Below, piece after piece: positions 1-9,766 of a DNA stretch of 64,000 nucleotides. The stretch spans positions 19,952 through 83,951 of the forward strand of contig CAXGSM010000002.1 in assembly GCA_964012435.1 (NCBI GenBank), read 5' to 3'. Each line of letters opens with the position of its first letter. The stretch's first letter is position 1. Both the position numbers and the translations under genes were made by a program. The notes under the pieces are model-generated. The model was not told the DNA's origin and searched no databases. It was given only the letters and a program-made list of their open reading frames with translations. This stretch comes from an uncultured bacterium. Lineage in GTDB: Bacteria > UBP7 > UBA6624.

Positions 1-2
1 TT

Positions 3-1553
3 GGCAACGACAAAGGGGTGAAGAAAACCATAACGACATTAGGCTGTGAACAAGAGTTTTTTCTAATTGATGAATCTTTTGTTGAGGAAAGAGAAGATTT
101 ACTTTTATGTGGAACCACGCTAATTGGCAAAGAGGCGCCAAAAGGACATCAATTAGATGACCATTATTTTGGAACAATGAAGGAAAGAGTTTTAGCCTAT
201 TATCATGATATTGAAGATCAATTATTAGATTTAGGTGTGCCTTTTAAAACAAGGCACAATGAAGTTGCTCCAGCTCAATTTGAATTAGCTCCTACGTTTG
301 AAAATGCAAATGTTGCAACAGACCATCAAATGATAACCATGCATGTTTTGAAAAAAACTGCAAAAGATCATGGTTTTTGTTGCCTTCTTCATGAAAAACC
401 ATTTGCAAGAATTAATGGATCTGGAAAACATAACAATTGGTCAATATCTACAGATACTGGATTAAACCTTCTTGACCCAACAGAAAAAACACATGAGAAT
501 ATTCAATTTTTAACATTTCTTTGTTCGATAATTCAGGCTGTTGATAAGCATGCCGATCTTCTCAGAGCATCAATTGCTTCAGCTGGCAATGACCTCAGGC
601 TTGGCGGAAATGAAGCTCCACCTGCAATAATATCAATATTCCTAGGAGAAATGTTGACAGATATTCTAGACCAAATAGAAAAAGGCAAAGTAAGCTCAAC
701 AAAAAAAGGTGGCATAATGAATCTTGGTTCAACAACTATTGCAGAAATATCTAGGCATAGTGGAGATAGAAATAGAACAAGCCCATTTGCATTTACTGGA
801 AATAAATTCGAATTCCGAGCACCTGGTTCAGCTTGTTCGATAGCATGGCCAAATACAGTTTTAAATACGATAATTGCAGAGTCAATGGATGAAATTGCTA
901 CAAAAATTGAACAAGAAATAAAATCTTCAGATTTAGAAAAAGCTGTTTACAAAGTGTTAAAAGCGGTTATTAAAAAACATAAAAAAGTATGTTTTGATGG
1001 TGACGGATACAGTAAAAATTGGGAAAAAGAAGCGGTAAGCAGGGGATTACCTAACTTGAAAACCTGCGCTGATGCACTACCTTGTTTAAAATCAAAAAAA
1101 TCACTAGATGTTTTTGAGAGATACGATGTTTTGACAAACATCGAACTCAAAGCAAGAGTAGAAATCCTTGAAGAGCAATACATTACAAATAAAGAAATAG
1201 AAGCAAGGACTTTGGTTTCAATGATGAGTACCCAAATCATTCCTGCTGCTGAAGTGTACCAGTTCGAACTTGCAAAAAACCTTAACGCTGTCTCATCGGC
1301 ACTGAATTCAAAAAATAAAACCAAAAGCCAACAAGCAAAATTAAAAAATCTAACAAACATGATTGAAGATTCTTTGGACCTTGTTCAAAGATTGAAGCAA
1401 CAAGAAAAAAAACACCTCTCTCCAGATGATATAAAAAATTCCATCATACCCTTGATGGATAAAATCAGAATCTGCAGTGATGAATTGGAGGGAATTGTCC
1501 CGGATGACCTATGGCCTATTCCAAAATATTCAGAAATGCTATTCTTGTTTTGA
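3..1553 (+). CDS. glnN: Glutamine synthetase type III, 5'-truncated by the window edge
   Basis: GSIII motifs LGCEQEFFL, KTRHNEVAPAQFE, LLHEKPFARINGSGKHNNWS, DRNRTSPFAFTGNKFEFRA and C-terminal WPIPKYSEMLF; the frame is open from base 3 (GNDKGVKK), so the start lies upstream of the window. Confidence 0.95.
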   Translation, partial: GNDKGVKKTITTLGCEQEFFLIDESFVEEREDLLLCGTTLIGKEAPKGHQLDDHYFGTMKERVLAYYHDIEDQLLDLGVPFKTRHNEVAPAQFELAPTFENANVATDHQMITMHVLKKTAKDHGFCCLLHEKPFARINGSGKHNNWSISTDTGLNLLDPTEKTHENIQFLTFLCSIIQAVDKHADLLRASIASAGNDLRLGGNEAPPAIISIFLGEMLTDILDQIEKGKVSSTKKGGIMNLGSTTIAEISRHSGDRNRTSPFAFTGNKFEFRAPGSACSIAWPNTVLNTIIAESMDEIATKIEQEIKSSDLEKAVYKVLKAVIKKHKKVCFDGDGYSKNWEKEAVSRGLPNLKTCADALPCLKSKKSLDVFERYDVLTNIELKARVEILEEQYITNKEIEARTLVSMMSTQIIPAAEVYQFELAKNLNAVSSALNSKNKTKSQQAKLKNLTNMIEDSLDLVQRLKQQEKKHLSPDDIKNSIIPLMDKIRICSDELEGIVPDDLWPIPKYSEMLFLF

Positions 1554-1581
1554 TTTAGTTTATTTTATGCAAATATAAAAT

Positions 1582-2514
1582 TTAAATTTTATTGAATTTA
1601 AAAACTCGCAACTTTGCAGACCTGACTTGAGGCATTTTGGCTATCTCTAGCTGACTAGGCTGAATCGGTTTTTTTGTGACACTCTCCCCAAAACCCATTC
1701 TTTCCATTTTTTTATAAAAACTCTTCACCTGTCTATCCTCAATACTATGCCATGTTAAAAAAATACCAATGCCACCCAGCTCAATCACTTCCGACATTGA
1801 ATTAAGCAAGGAGTCAAGCTCTTGTGATTCTTTATTAACTTCTCTCCTCAGAGCCATAAAAACCTTTGTAGAAGGATGAATTCTTTTAACACCATTTTCG
1901 AAAAGAATTTTTGAAAGCTGGTTACATGGCATTGAAGAAATATTTCTGTTCCTTACAATCACATTTGAAATTCTTCTATAACTCTTGATGCCGCTTTCTT
2001 TAAAAATCTTCCTCAATTGAGGCTCATTGTATGAATTTAATATTTCAGATGCTGTTAATGTATTTTCGTTTTTGTCAAACCTCATGTCGGCTTCTTCAGA
2101 TCCGTTAAATGACATGTCTTCTCTATAAAGCTGATCTAACCTGGCTCCAAGATCAGCAAAAACAACATCACATTTTTTCCAACCTATCTTTTCCATCATT
2201 TTTTTGATCTGGCTATGTCTCGATTGAAAACATTCAAATGAAGATTCGAAATTACCCAAATTACCTTGTGATAAATCTACATTTTGAAAAACTTTAGCAA
2301 GTCTTTTTTCAGCTCTTTCGATCGCCTTTTTATCCATATCTATACCAAGAACAGAACATCCAGATTTCAAAAAAATTTCAGAATGCCCTCCATCGCCTAA
2401 TGTAGCATCAACGACCCTCAATGGAACTTTGTCGGAATAGTCTGAACAAAGAAGCAAAGAGTCAATAAACTCTTTAATCTCTTTAGTCATTGCAGAAGGA
2501 TGGTAACTAGTCAT
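1582..2514 (-). CDS. rsmH: 16S rRNA (cytosine1402-N4) methyltransferase RsmH/MraW
   Basis: VDATLGDGGHS, DMR, HPSTKVFMALRREVNKE, TWHSIEDR, RSAKLR; ATG at 2514 chosen because it overlaps the end of the upstream gene. Confidence 0.93.
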   Translation of the reverse strand: MTSYHPSAMTKEIKEFIDSLLLCSDYSDKVPLRVVDATLGDGGHSEIFLKSGCSVLGIDMDKKAIERAEKRLAKVFQNVDLSQGNLGNFESSFECFQSRHSQIKKMMEKIGWKKCDVVFADLGARLDQLYREDMSFNGSEEADMRFDKNENTLTASEILNSYNEPQLRKIFKESGIKSYRRISNVIVRNRNISSMPCNQLSKILFENGVKRIHPSTKVFMALRREVNKESQELDSLLNSMSEVIELGGIGIFLTWHSIEDRQVKSFYKKMERMGFGESVTKKPIQPSQLEIAKMPQVRSAKLRVFKFNKI

Positions 2515-2917
2515 GCCAAAGCCAAAGCCCCCTCTCCTTATCAAAAAATCTAACTTTTTGATTTAAAGATTGCATAACCATAAACTCACAAACAAACACT
2601 TTGCAACCTTTTAAAACATGCCCTCCGTAAGTTTGACCTTTTTTATCAGATAAGCTTATATGAAAATGAGGAAAAATATCATCTTTAAAATTTGAATCAG
2701 ATTTTAATGAAATATTCCCAGATAAAGAAACTATTTCTAAATCTTCACTAATAGAAATTTCCTCATATTTCTCTTCTTTTTGGTTGTACCAAGCTATATT
2801 TGCCTGCTTTAAAGCACCTATGCCAAAGATCCAACATGATTGAATTTTTCTATTTTTTGCAAAATCAAGCAAGGATTCAAGAAGATCACATCCATTTTTC
2901 AAAGAATACATTTTCAT
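2507..2917 (-). CDS. PPC domain (DUF296) putative DNA-binding protein
   Basis: GIGAL, LEIVSLSGNIS, PHFHISLSD...GGHV motifs typical of DUF296. Confidence 0.88.
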   Translation of the reverse strand: MKMYSLKNGCDLLESLLDFAKNRKIQSCWIFGIGALKQANIAWYNQKEEKYEEISISEDLEIVSLSGNISLKSDSNFKDDIFPHFHISLSDKKGQTYGGHVLKGCKVFVCEFMVMQSLNQKVRFFDKERGLWLWHD

Positions 2918-3858
2918 AACATAATATTCTCATTTAAAAATTTCAAAAAATCATCAGGAAGTTCCATTCTCCTAACCCTTATCCAACAAGGGAAACCTTT
3001 TAAGCTCCATCTTGAAGCATCTTTTTTTGTGATGATTACACCGCCGTAAGATCTAGCATTCATGATAGCAAGATTCCTCCACTTAGAAGAAACAGCATGA
3101 TCAGGTATGTTTAGATTAAAACAATCAATACCCTCATCCCTCAGTTCCGCTTCCAAGTTTTTAGAATTTGCTATACCAGCAGCTAAAGGTAGCCGCATTG
3201 ACGGAGGGTCTGTTGGCTCCCAATTCTCATTCAGCCAGCTATTCCCCTTTGATTTGATTTTAAATTTCTTAATAGAGGGTGCCCATCTTTTAATTTCTGA
3301 AAAATCTGCATTTGGCATCGAGAGCAAACAATCAGCACGAGAGTAAGAGCTTCCCCACTCTCTTAATAAACCTTTTGGAAAGGGTATCGATGCCTTATTG
3401 CTTGAAACGGAAACTATATTTAGGTCAACCTCTATTGATGACCACTGAAAACCATCTTCTAAAATAATGACGTCGCATCCAATTTTAGATAACTCTTTAC
3501 AAAGGTAATTTTTATCCTTCCCGATTGCAACAATCAAACCAGGAACTTCTTTCTTAATTAGACTCGCTTCATCTCCAGCTTCAACATTACAAAAATGTTG
3601 CCCAGGGCCAAAAATTTTATTATCCCAGTTTCTCTTGCCCCCATAACCCAAAACAACAATTCCTACATTTTTACGCTTTTCTAATAAATATTTTGAAATT
3701 AATATAGAAATTGGTGTTTTTCCTGCTCCACCTGCTTGAACAGAGCCAATACTAATAACTTTAGAAGAAAGCCTGGATGGCCTTTTCCCATGATGCCTTC
3801 GTAATAATTCCCTCAAGAAAGAATAAAAAATTTCCATTAATCCAGTTTTTTTCATCAA
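2914..3858 (-). CDS. lpxK: Tetraacyldisaccharide 4'-kinase (lipid A biosynthesis)
   Basis: VISIGSVQAGGAGKTP (Walker A), GYG, GDEA, ILEDGFQ, PKGLLRE, AGIAN, PDH, ITKKD. Confidence 0.88.
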   Translation of the reverse strand: MMKKTGLMEIFYSFLRELLRRHHGKRPSRLSSKVISIGSVQAGGAGKTPISILISKYLLEKRKNVGIVVLGYGGKRNWDNKIFGPGQHFCNVEAGDEASLIKKEVPGLIVAIGKDKNYLCKELSKIGCDVIILEDGFQWSSIEVDLNIVSVSSNKASIPFPKGLLREWGSSYSRADCLLSMPNADFSEIKRWAPSIKKFKIKSKGNSWLNENWEPTDPPSMRLPLAAGIANSKNLEAELRDEGIDCFNLNIPDHAVSSKWRNLAIMNARSYGGVIITKKDASRWSLKGFPCWIRVRRMELPDDFLKFLNENIML

Positions 3859-3942
3859 TTGCTACTTACTATTTTAGACAGGCTTGATCAACTTTTATAT
3901 ATTTTACCTAACTAAAAATGGAATAAAAAACACTCTAAATAC

Positions 3943-3972
3943 TTGACAGAGGTAATAATGACGTTATATACT
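3943..3972 (+). promoter_or_regulatory. Sigma70-type promoter of the mraZ-mur (dcw) operon
   Basis: Perfect TTGACA (3943-3948), 18-nt spacer, TATACT (3967-3972) just upstream of mraZ. Confidence 0.75.
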
Positions 3973-3984
3973 AGTGGGTGAAAT

Positions 3985-4500
3985 TTGAAGAAAATGGCAA
4001 TTATTGGCACACAAATCACAATCGACAAAAATGGCAGATTCGTCGTCCCTTCTGATAAAAGAAGAATTTTTGATGAATTAAAAAATATCATCGTTGTTCT
4101 AGATGATGCAGATGAAATAAGACGTAGAGTTTTAATTTACTCTGGAAAAAGTCATTTAACTCATTTAAATCATTTAAGAAATCTTGCTTCGGAAGGTTTT
4201 GTTACAAAATCTGGCGAAAGGCTAACGAAAGCAGAAAGCTTGAGGATTGTTTCAATGTACGAAGAAAACGCTATTGTTAGAAGAATAGATCCATCTGGAA
4301 GAGTGTCATTACCTTTAGAAGTTCTTGGATTAGCGGGAATTAAAGATATTGCATATATTGGAGGAGTGCAAAGAATTGCACTTTACTCTCCCCCAATATG
4401 GAAGCAACTTGTCGAAGAGAGGGAGCATCTATTGAAATCTCTCAGCTACGAACAAAGAGTTGAATTAGCCGAAATACCCTTCGAGGGCCATGTTGAATAA
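3985..4500 (+). CDS. mraZ: Division/cell wall cluster transcriptional regulator MraZ (divergent; alternative start ATG 3994)
   Basis: Two SpoVT/AbrB-like repeats with DxxGR motifs (IDKNGRFVVP, IDPSGRVSLP); first gene of the mur operon. Confidence 0.8.
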   Translation: MKKMAIIGTQITIDKNGRFVVPSDKRRIFDELKNIIVVLDDADEIRRRVLIYSGKSHLTHLNHLRNLASEGFVTKSGERLTKAESLRIVSMYEENAIVRRIDPSGRVSLPLEVLGLAGIKDIAYIGGVQRIALYSPPIWKQLVEEREHLLKSLSYEQRVELAEIPFEGHVE

Positions 4501-4526
4501 AAAAAATATGCTGAAAAGGAGGCATT

Positions 4527-4640
4527 ATGAACAATAACAGAAAACCAGGAGCATTAGATTTCTTTTTTGAACTACTAGTTCCTGTATTTTTTCTAGTAAT
4601 ACTAACTGGTTACTTCATTGTTTCAACACTAGTTGTTTAA
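4527..4640 (+). CDS. Unannotated 37-aa single-TM microprotein (MNNNRKPGALDFFFELLVPVFFLVILTGYFIVSTLVV)
   Basis: Perfect SD AAGGAGG at 4516-4522, ATG 4527, TAA 4638-4640, long hydrophobic helix; below the ORF-track size cutoff. Confidence 0.7.
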   Translation: MNNNRKPGALDFFFELLVPVFFLVILTGYFIVSTLVV

Positions 4641-4744
4641 TGGTGGAAAATATACCAAAATGGGCTACAACGATAGTCGTTGGGACTATTGTTGCAAGCG
4701 GAATTCTCTTCCTGGCAGGGTCAATCATGGAGGCTTTAATTTAA
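4640..4744 (+). CDS. Unannotated 34-aa single-TM microprotein (MVENIPKWATTIVVGTIVASGILFLAGSIMEALI)
   Basis: TAATG coupling to the previous small ORF; its TAA (4742-4744) directly abuts the murE TTG at 4745; hydrophobic helix rich in small residues. Confidence 0.65.
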   Translation: MVENIPKWATTIVVGTIVASGILFLAGSIMEALI

Positions 4745-6172
4745 TTGCAAATACAAAAATTAATCTCCACGATTGACTGTCTATATCAAGGCGATCTTAA
4801 TAGTCAAGTTTCAAAAATAAAAGAAGATTCCAGAAAAGTTCAAAAAAGAGATATATTTATAACGCATGCGGGCGTACGCGCACACGCAATAGAAGCACAG
4901 CAAAGAGGTGCGTCAGCAATACTTAGTCCAGTATTCTTTAGAGATCTTAGAGTAAATCAAATAATCGGAGACACAGCAAGGTCAAAAAAAGATCTGATCA
5001 AAAATCTTTACAAAGAAACAATAAAAAACATAAAAATTATCGGAATCACTGGTACAGATGGAAAAACAACAACCTCAATGCTTACAAACAGCATCATCAA
5101 TGAATCAAAAAAATCAGCTTCTATAGGCACACTAGGTGTAAAAGGTAACGATATCAATATCAAAACACAATTAACCACACCTCAAACTTCTGACTTGCTA
5201 AACACTTTAAATAAGTTGTACGAAAAAAAATATGAATATGCAGTTATTGAATGTTCATCACATGGTTTATTTCAGGACAGAATAGATCCAATTAAGCTAA
5301 AGGCTGCTGCAATCAACAGGGTAACCAGGGATCATTTAGATTTTCATGGAAATCAAAAATACTACTTCAAAGCAAAATCTCTGATTTTTTCAAAATTAAA
5401 TAACGGCTCACCTGCAATAATTAACTCAAGCTCTCCATGGCTTGAAGCATTGCAAAAAAAATATCCGAAACTCAATTGGATAACATGGGGTAGAGAGAAA
5501 GGAGATGTAGTTGGAAAAGTCGTTTCCAAAACATTAACAAAATCAATTATCCAAATCAATCTTCCTGAAAGAAAAAATATCGAAGTGGAAACAAACCTTG
5601 TAGGTGATTTCCAAATAGAAAACATACTTACATCTATATCTTTATGTTATAGCCTTGGTTTTTCTGAATCTGAGATGGTAAACGGAATATACGGTTTAAA
5701 AAACATACCTGGAAGAATGCAAAAAATAAAAAATGAAAAAACAAATGTATTTATTGATTATGCTCACACACCAAATGCAATAAAAAATTCAATTCAATCA
5801 TTAAAAAAAATATGTAAAGGAAGAGTCTTTGCTGTGTTTGGATGTGGTGGAGATAGAGACAAGGGCAAAAGGCCCGAAATGATGAAAGCAGGGATGAATG
5901 CAGATAAATTATTTATCACGTCAGATAACCCCAGAACAGAAAATCCAGATTCAATAATTAAAGACATGTTGAAAAATTACAAGCATGCAAAAAGAATTGA
6001 AGTTGAAAAAGATAGAAAAAAAGCAATTGAAAGTGCAATTCAATCAGCAAAGAAAGATGATGTTGTACTTATTGCAGGAAAAGGTCATGAAGAACATCAG
6101 ATAATTGGTGAAGTAAAGAAGCCTCATAATGATTTGCTTTTCGCTAAGGAGGTTCTTGCAAGTTGCGCCTAA
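4745..6172 (+). CDS. murE: UDP-MurNAc-tripeptide synthetase MurE (meso-DAP type)
   Basis: GITGTDGKTT, ECSSHGL, DHLDFH, IDYAHTP, GCGGDRD, SDNPR (DAP-specificity motif), AGKGHE; GGAGG SD upstream. Confidence 0.96.
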   Translation: MQIQKLISTIDCLYQGDLNSQVSKIKEDSRKVQKRDIFITHAGVRAHAIEAQQRGASAILSPVFFRDLRVNQIIGDTARSKKDLIKNLYKETIKNIKIIGITGTDGKTTTSMLTNSIINESKKSASIGTLGVKGNDINIKTQLTTPQTSDLLNTLNKLYEKKYEYAVIECSSHGLFQDRIDPIKLKAAAINRVTRDHLDFHGNQKYYFKAKSLIFSKLNNGSPAIINSSSPWLEALQKKYPKLNWITWGREKGDVVGKVVSKTLTKSIIQINLPERKNIEVETNLVGDFQIENILTSISLCYSLGFSESEMVNGIYGLKNIPGRMQKIKNEKTNVFIDYAHTPNAIKNSIQSLKKICKGRVFAVFGCGGDRDKGKRPEMMKAGMNADKLFITSDNPRTENPDSIIKDMLKNYKHAKRIEVEKDRKKAIESAIQSAKKDDVVLIAGKGHEEHQIIGEVKKPHNDLLFAKEVLASCA

Positions 6173-7524
6173 ACCCCCACAGTATAGCAAAAGCTTTGCA
6201 AACAAAAGGCAAAGGGCAAATGCCGACTGATGATCTTTACATAACTAATGATTCAAGAAAAATAAAACAAAATTCTTTATTTGTTGCAATAGCTGGCAAA
6301 AAAACAAATGGTACAGAGTTTATCAAACAAGCAATACAAAAAGGGGCTTCAGCAATAATTTCAAATAAAAAATTAGACCTTGGCAAAAAGATATGGTTAT
6401 TGAACTCTGAAGACCCACAAGCCGCATATGGAAAACTAGCGAATAGAGCAAGGAAAGAATGGAATCAAAATGTCATTGGCATAACAGGGTCTGTAGGCAA
6501 ATCAACAATCAAAGATTTAACTGCCGCAGCACTTGGAACAGCTGATGATGTTGTCGCTTCACCCTACTCCTTTAATAATGAAATTGGGCTTCCCTATTCA
6601 ATACTGAATGCAAAAGGTACAGAAAAATATATGGTTCTTGAAATGGGTGCAAAAAATCCGGGAGATATCAACTACCTAAAAAAAATTGCAGAACCAGATT
6701 GTGCGGTCTATTCCCTCATATGCAACAGCCATGCAGAATACCTAGGTGGTATAGAGGGAGTGATCAAAGAAAAAGGTTCATTGGTTTCCGGCTGGGGAGA
6801 AAATAAAACCTTAGTAATATCGTCAAAAAACAATCACCATCAAGAAATATCTAGACTTTCATCTGGTGCAAAAATAGTCAAATGGGGACCTGGTGAAGAA
6901 ATCAGCTCTAAAGAGGTTAAATTAGACAAATATGGAATTCCTAACTTCAAGATCAAATACAAAAATAAAATATATAAAGTTAACTTAAGACTACCAGGTT
7001 CTTTTCAGGTTGAAAACTCTTTAGCAGCATTGTCTACAGCTGTTAGCTTCAATATTGATTTAAATGACGCCATAACAAGAATAGAAAAAGTTAAACCTCT
7101 TCCACACAGAAAAGAAATATATGCGATAAGCAATGATGGAGTTTTGCTAGATGATTGTTACAACGCAGGTGTGAAATCAACAAGCGAAAGTATCAAATGG
7201 GCTTCTTCAATATCTGCTAAAAGACCAAAAATAATGATACTTGGAGATATTTTAGAAACCGGCAAAGATGAAATAAAAATGCATAAAAAAATTGGAAAAA
7301 TAATTAAAGATAACAAATATTCTGAATTTTTAACAGTTGGAAATTTAGCAAAATATGCATTAGAGGAGTCAAGAATAAGTGGAAAACACTACCCTACAAC
7401 TGATGATCTTTTGGATGATTTAAAAAAATATGACTTTTCAGCAAAAGTTACACTGGTAAAAGGCTCAAGATCAATGCAGCTTGAAAAAATTACAAAAAAA
7501 ATTAGGGAGATTTTTTCTACGTAA
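6163..7524 (+). CDS. murF: UDP-MurNAc-pentapeptide ligase MurF
   Basis: DSR, GITGSVGKST, SFNNEIGLP, VLEMG, DDCYNA, LGDILETG, LVKGSR. Confidence 0.95.
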   Translation: MRLNPHSIAKALQTKGKGQMPTDDLYITNDSRKIKQNSLFVAIAGKKTNGTEFIKQAIQKGASAIISNKKLDLGKKIWLLNSEDPQAAYGKLANRARKEWNQNVIGITGSVGKSTIKDLTAAALGTADDVVASPYSFNNEIGLPYSILNAKGTEKYMVLEMGAKNPGDINYLKKIAEPDCAVYSLICNSHAEYLGGIEGVIKEKGSLVSGWGENKTLVISSKNNHHQEISRLSSGAKIVKWGPGEEISSKEVKLDKYGIPNFKIKYKNKIYKVNLRLPGSFQVENSLAALSTAVSFNIDLNDAITRIEKVKPLPHRKEIYAISNDGVLLDDCYNAGVKSTSESIKWASSISAKRPKIMILGDILETGKDEIKMHKKIGKIIKDNKYSEFLTVGNLAKYALEESRISGKHYPTTDDLLDDLKKYDFSAKVTLVKGSRSMQLEKITKKIREIFST

Positions 7525-7527
7525 CAA

Positions 7528-8574
7528 ATGAACATTTTTAATAAGCACTCTATTTTTTACACATTGTGCTTTTTAATAATTTTTAATTTTATTTTCAATC
7601 AAAATCTGCATAACAACATTCACATAAGTAATAATTTAAACTACCAAAATCTCTTAATTGGAATATTTATAATCACAATATTTTCATTTAATTCATACTT
7701 AAAAATCGCGGACAAAAAAGGCTGGGGTCAGTATGTAAGAGAGGAAGGGTTGGAATCACACCTTAAAAAAACAGGTACGCCAACAGCAGCAGGTTGGATT
7801 TTTTTCGTGATGTCAATCGTTCCACTTTATATTTTTTTACCTAATTTTTTAATTGAAGAAAACATCCTATGGGTACCCTTGTTAGCAATAACGATAATGT
7901 TCATAACAGGCCTATTAGATGACTTATACAAAATAAACGGTAAAAAAGAGGGTCTTCTTGCAAGATATAGACTTTTAGCTCAATTTTTAGTTGGCTCTCT
8001 TTTAGGGTATTACTTCCTACCTTGGGATTTATATACCAACTTAGCTGTTGGTTTCTTATTGTTTGGTACTGCCGTCAATGGTATTAATTTTACCGATGGA
8101 TCTGATGGTCTTCTGGCGGCAGTTATCCTTGCAACACCAATTGGACTTTTGATGCTTTATATAGTCTCTCAAGCAATGGGTGTAGGCTTTCCCATCGTAG
8201 GCTCTAAATTTATCTTTATCTTATTAGGTTTGCTGATGCTTTCATGGATACCTTTCAATAAACATCCTGCTAAATTATTTATGGGTGAAACTGGCTCTTA
8301 CACAATTGGGGCAATAGTGGGATTCATTGCAATATATTCACTGCAAAGCGAACCGATGGTTACTTTCTTGCTACTTTCTGTACCTGTTTTTCAAATTACA
8401 ACTGTTGTGATTCAGGTTTTCTTTTATAAAAAATTTGGCAAAAGAGTATTTTTAATGGCTCCGTTTCACCATCATCTTGAAAAAAAAGGATGGAGCGAAA
8501 ACAAGATAGCTTATTCAGCTTTCTTTTTTCAATTATTTTTAACTATCTCATTAATAGGAAGTGTTACCTACTGA
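7528..8574 (+). CDS. mraY: Phospho-N-acetylmuramoyl-pentapeptide transferase MraY
   Basis: HLKKTGTPT, GLLDD, NFTDGSDGL, FMGETGS, MAPFHHHLE; multi-TM. Confidence 0.95.
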   Translation: MNIFNKHSIFYTLCFLIIFNFIFNQNLHNNIHISNNLNYQNLLIGIFIITIFSFNSYLKIADKKGWGQYVREEGLESHLKKTGTPTAAGWIFFVMSIVPLYIFLPNFLIEENILWVPLLAITIMFITGLLDDLYKINGKKEGLLARYRLLAQFLVGSLLGYYFLPWDLYTNLAVGFLLFGTAVNGINFTDGSDGLLAAVILATPIGLLMLYIVSQAMGVGFPIVGSKFIFILLGLLMLSWIPFNKHPAKLFMGETGSYTIGAIVGFIAIYSLQSEPMVTFLLLSVPVFQITTVVIQVFFYKKFGKRVFLMAPFHHHLEKKGWSENKIAYSAFFFQLFLTISLIGSVTY

Positions 8575-9764
8575 TGAAAACACTTATTTACGGTATGGGG
8601 ATAAGTGGTAAATCGGCTGCTGAATACTTGGAGAGGAAAAAAGAAAAAATTGTTGTTTATGACGATAATAAAAAATCAAAAAAATACATGAACTGGAATC
8701 AAGATCTCTCTAATATCAAGGCAATAGTTGCTTCTCCTGGAATACGCTCTACAAATCCAATTTTAAAAAAAGCTCAAGATTTAAACATACCGATACACTG
8801 TGATATTGGGCTTGTATCTTTTGAAAAAAAATTACCAAAAATAATTTCCGTAACTGGAACTGCTGGAAAAACAACACTTGTAAGCTTGCTTGTAGATGTT
8901 TTAAATGCAGATGGGGAAAAATCAATAGCATTAGGAAACTATGGTCTTTCTCCCTTGGATGTATTGAAAAATAATTATAAATATTGGGTAATAGAGGTTT
9001 CAAGTTTTCAATCAAAAAGACTGGCTTTCCTGAAACCAAACATAGGTATCTATTTAAATCTCTCACAAAATCATCTTGACTGGCATGAAACAATCGAAGA
9101 TTACAAAATCTGCAAAGGAACAATTTTCAAAAACCAGGATTCTAATGATTTGAGAATAGTAAACCCTGATCTTGAAAAAAAATACATAACAGGCAAAGCA
9201 AAAGAAAAAGAAATAAAGAAAAATGAATTTTCAAACCTAAGAGAAGATATTCATGAAGACACTTTATCTACTCTTGGCTTATGCATAAAAGAATTAAATC
9301 TAAATCACAATATAGCAAAACAATCAGTCATGAACTTTAAAACATTAATGCATAGATATCAAAAAATCAATACAAACGATGGAATTCATTGGATTAATGA
9401 TTCAAAAGCAACAACACCTCTTGCCACATTGACAGCTATAGAAAGAACTCCTGCTGGATCAATAGTCTTAATGGGGGGAAGCGACAAAGACCTTAGCTAT
9501 AAAAAAACATTAGAAAAGATAAAAAAGAAAAAAATGAAATTAATACCATTTGGAGATATATCTCATGCACTACATGAAGAAGCAAACAAGCTTTCAGTAG
9601 ATTCTTCAAAACCATGTGAATCATTAAAAAAAGCAATTCAAAAAGCGAAAAATAACGGAAAAGGAAAAACCATATTGTTATCCCCAGGAACGGCAAGTTT
9701 TGACGAATTTGCAGGCTATGAACAAAGAGGAATGTACTTTATCGAAAAAATAAAAGGAGGTTGA
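8574..9764 (+). CDS. murD: UDP-MurNAc-L-Ala:D-Glu ligase MurD
   Basis: GMGISG, SPGI, VTGTAGKTT, EVSSFQ, NHLDWH, INDSKAT, LSPGTASFD; ATG 8574 overlaps the mraY stop. Confidence 0.95.
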   Translation: MKTLIYGMGISGKSAAEYLERKKEKIVVYDDNKKSKKYMNWNQDLSNIKAIVASPGIRSTNPILKKAQDLNIPIHCDIGLVSFEKKLPKIISVTGTAGKTTLVSLLVDVLNADGEKSIALGNYGLSPLDVLKNNYKYWVIEVSSFQSKRLAFLKPNIGIYLNLSQNHLDWHETIEDYKICKGTIFKNQDSNDLRIVNPDLEKKYITGKAKEKEIKKNEFSNLREDIHEDTLSTLGLCIKELNLNHNIAKQSVMNFKTLMHRYQKINTNDGIHWINDSKATTPLATLTAIERTPAGSIVLMGGSDKDLSYKKTLEKIKKKKMKLIPFGDISHALHEEANKLSVDSSKPCESLKKAIQKAKNNGKGKTILLSPGTASFDEFAGYEQRGMYFIEKIKGG

Positions 9765-9766
9765 TT

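Noticed and set aside
1562..1581. Inverted repeat ATTTTAT-N6-ATAAAAT between convergent glnN and rsmH as a terminator
   Set aside because: AT-only 7-bp stem, too weak and likely by chance
3973..3982. AGTGGGTG as a MraZ operator
   Set aside because: Only one GTGGG box; known MraZ operators are about three repeats at 10-bp spacing
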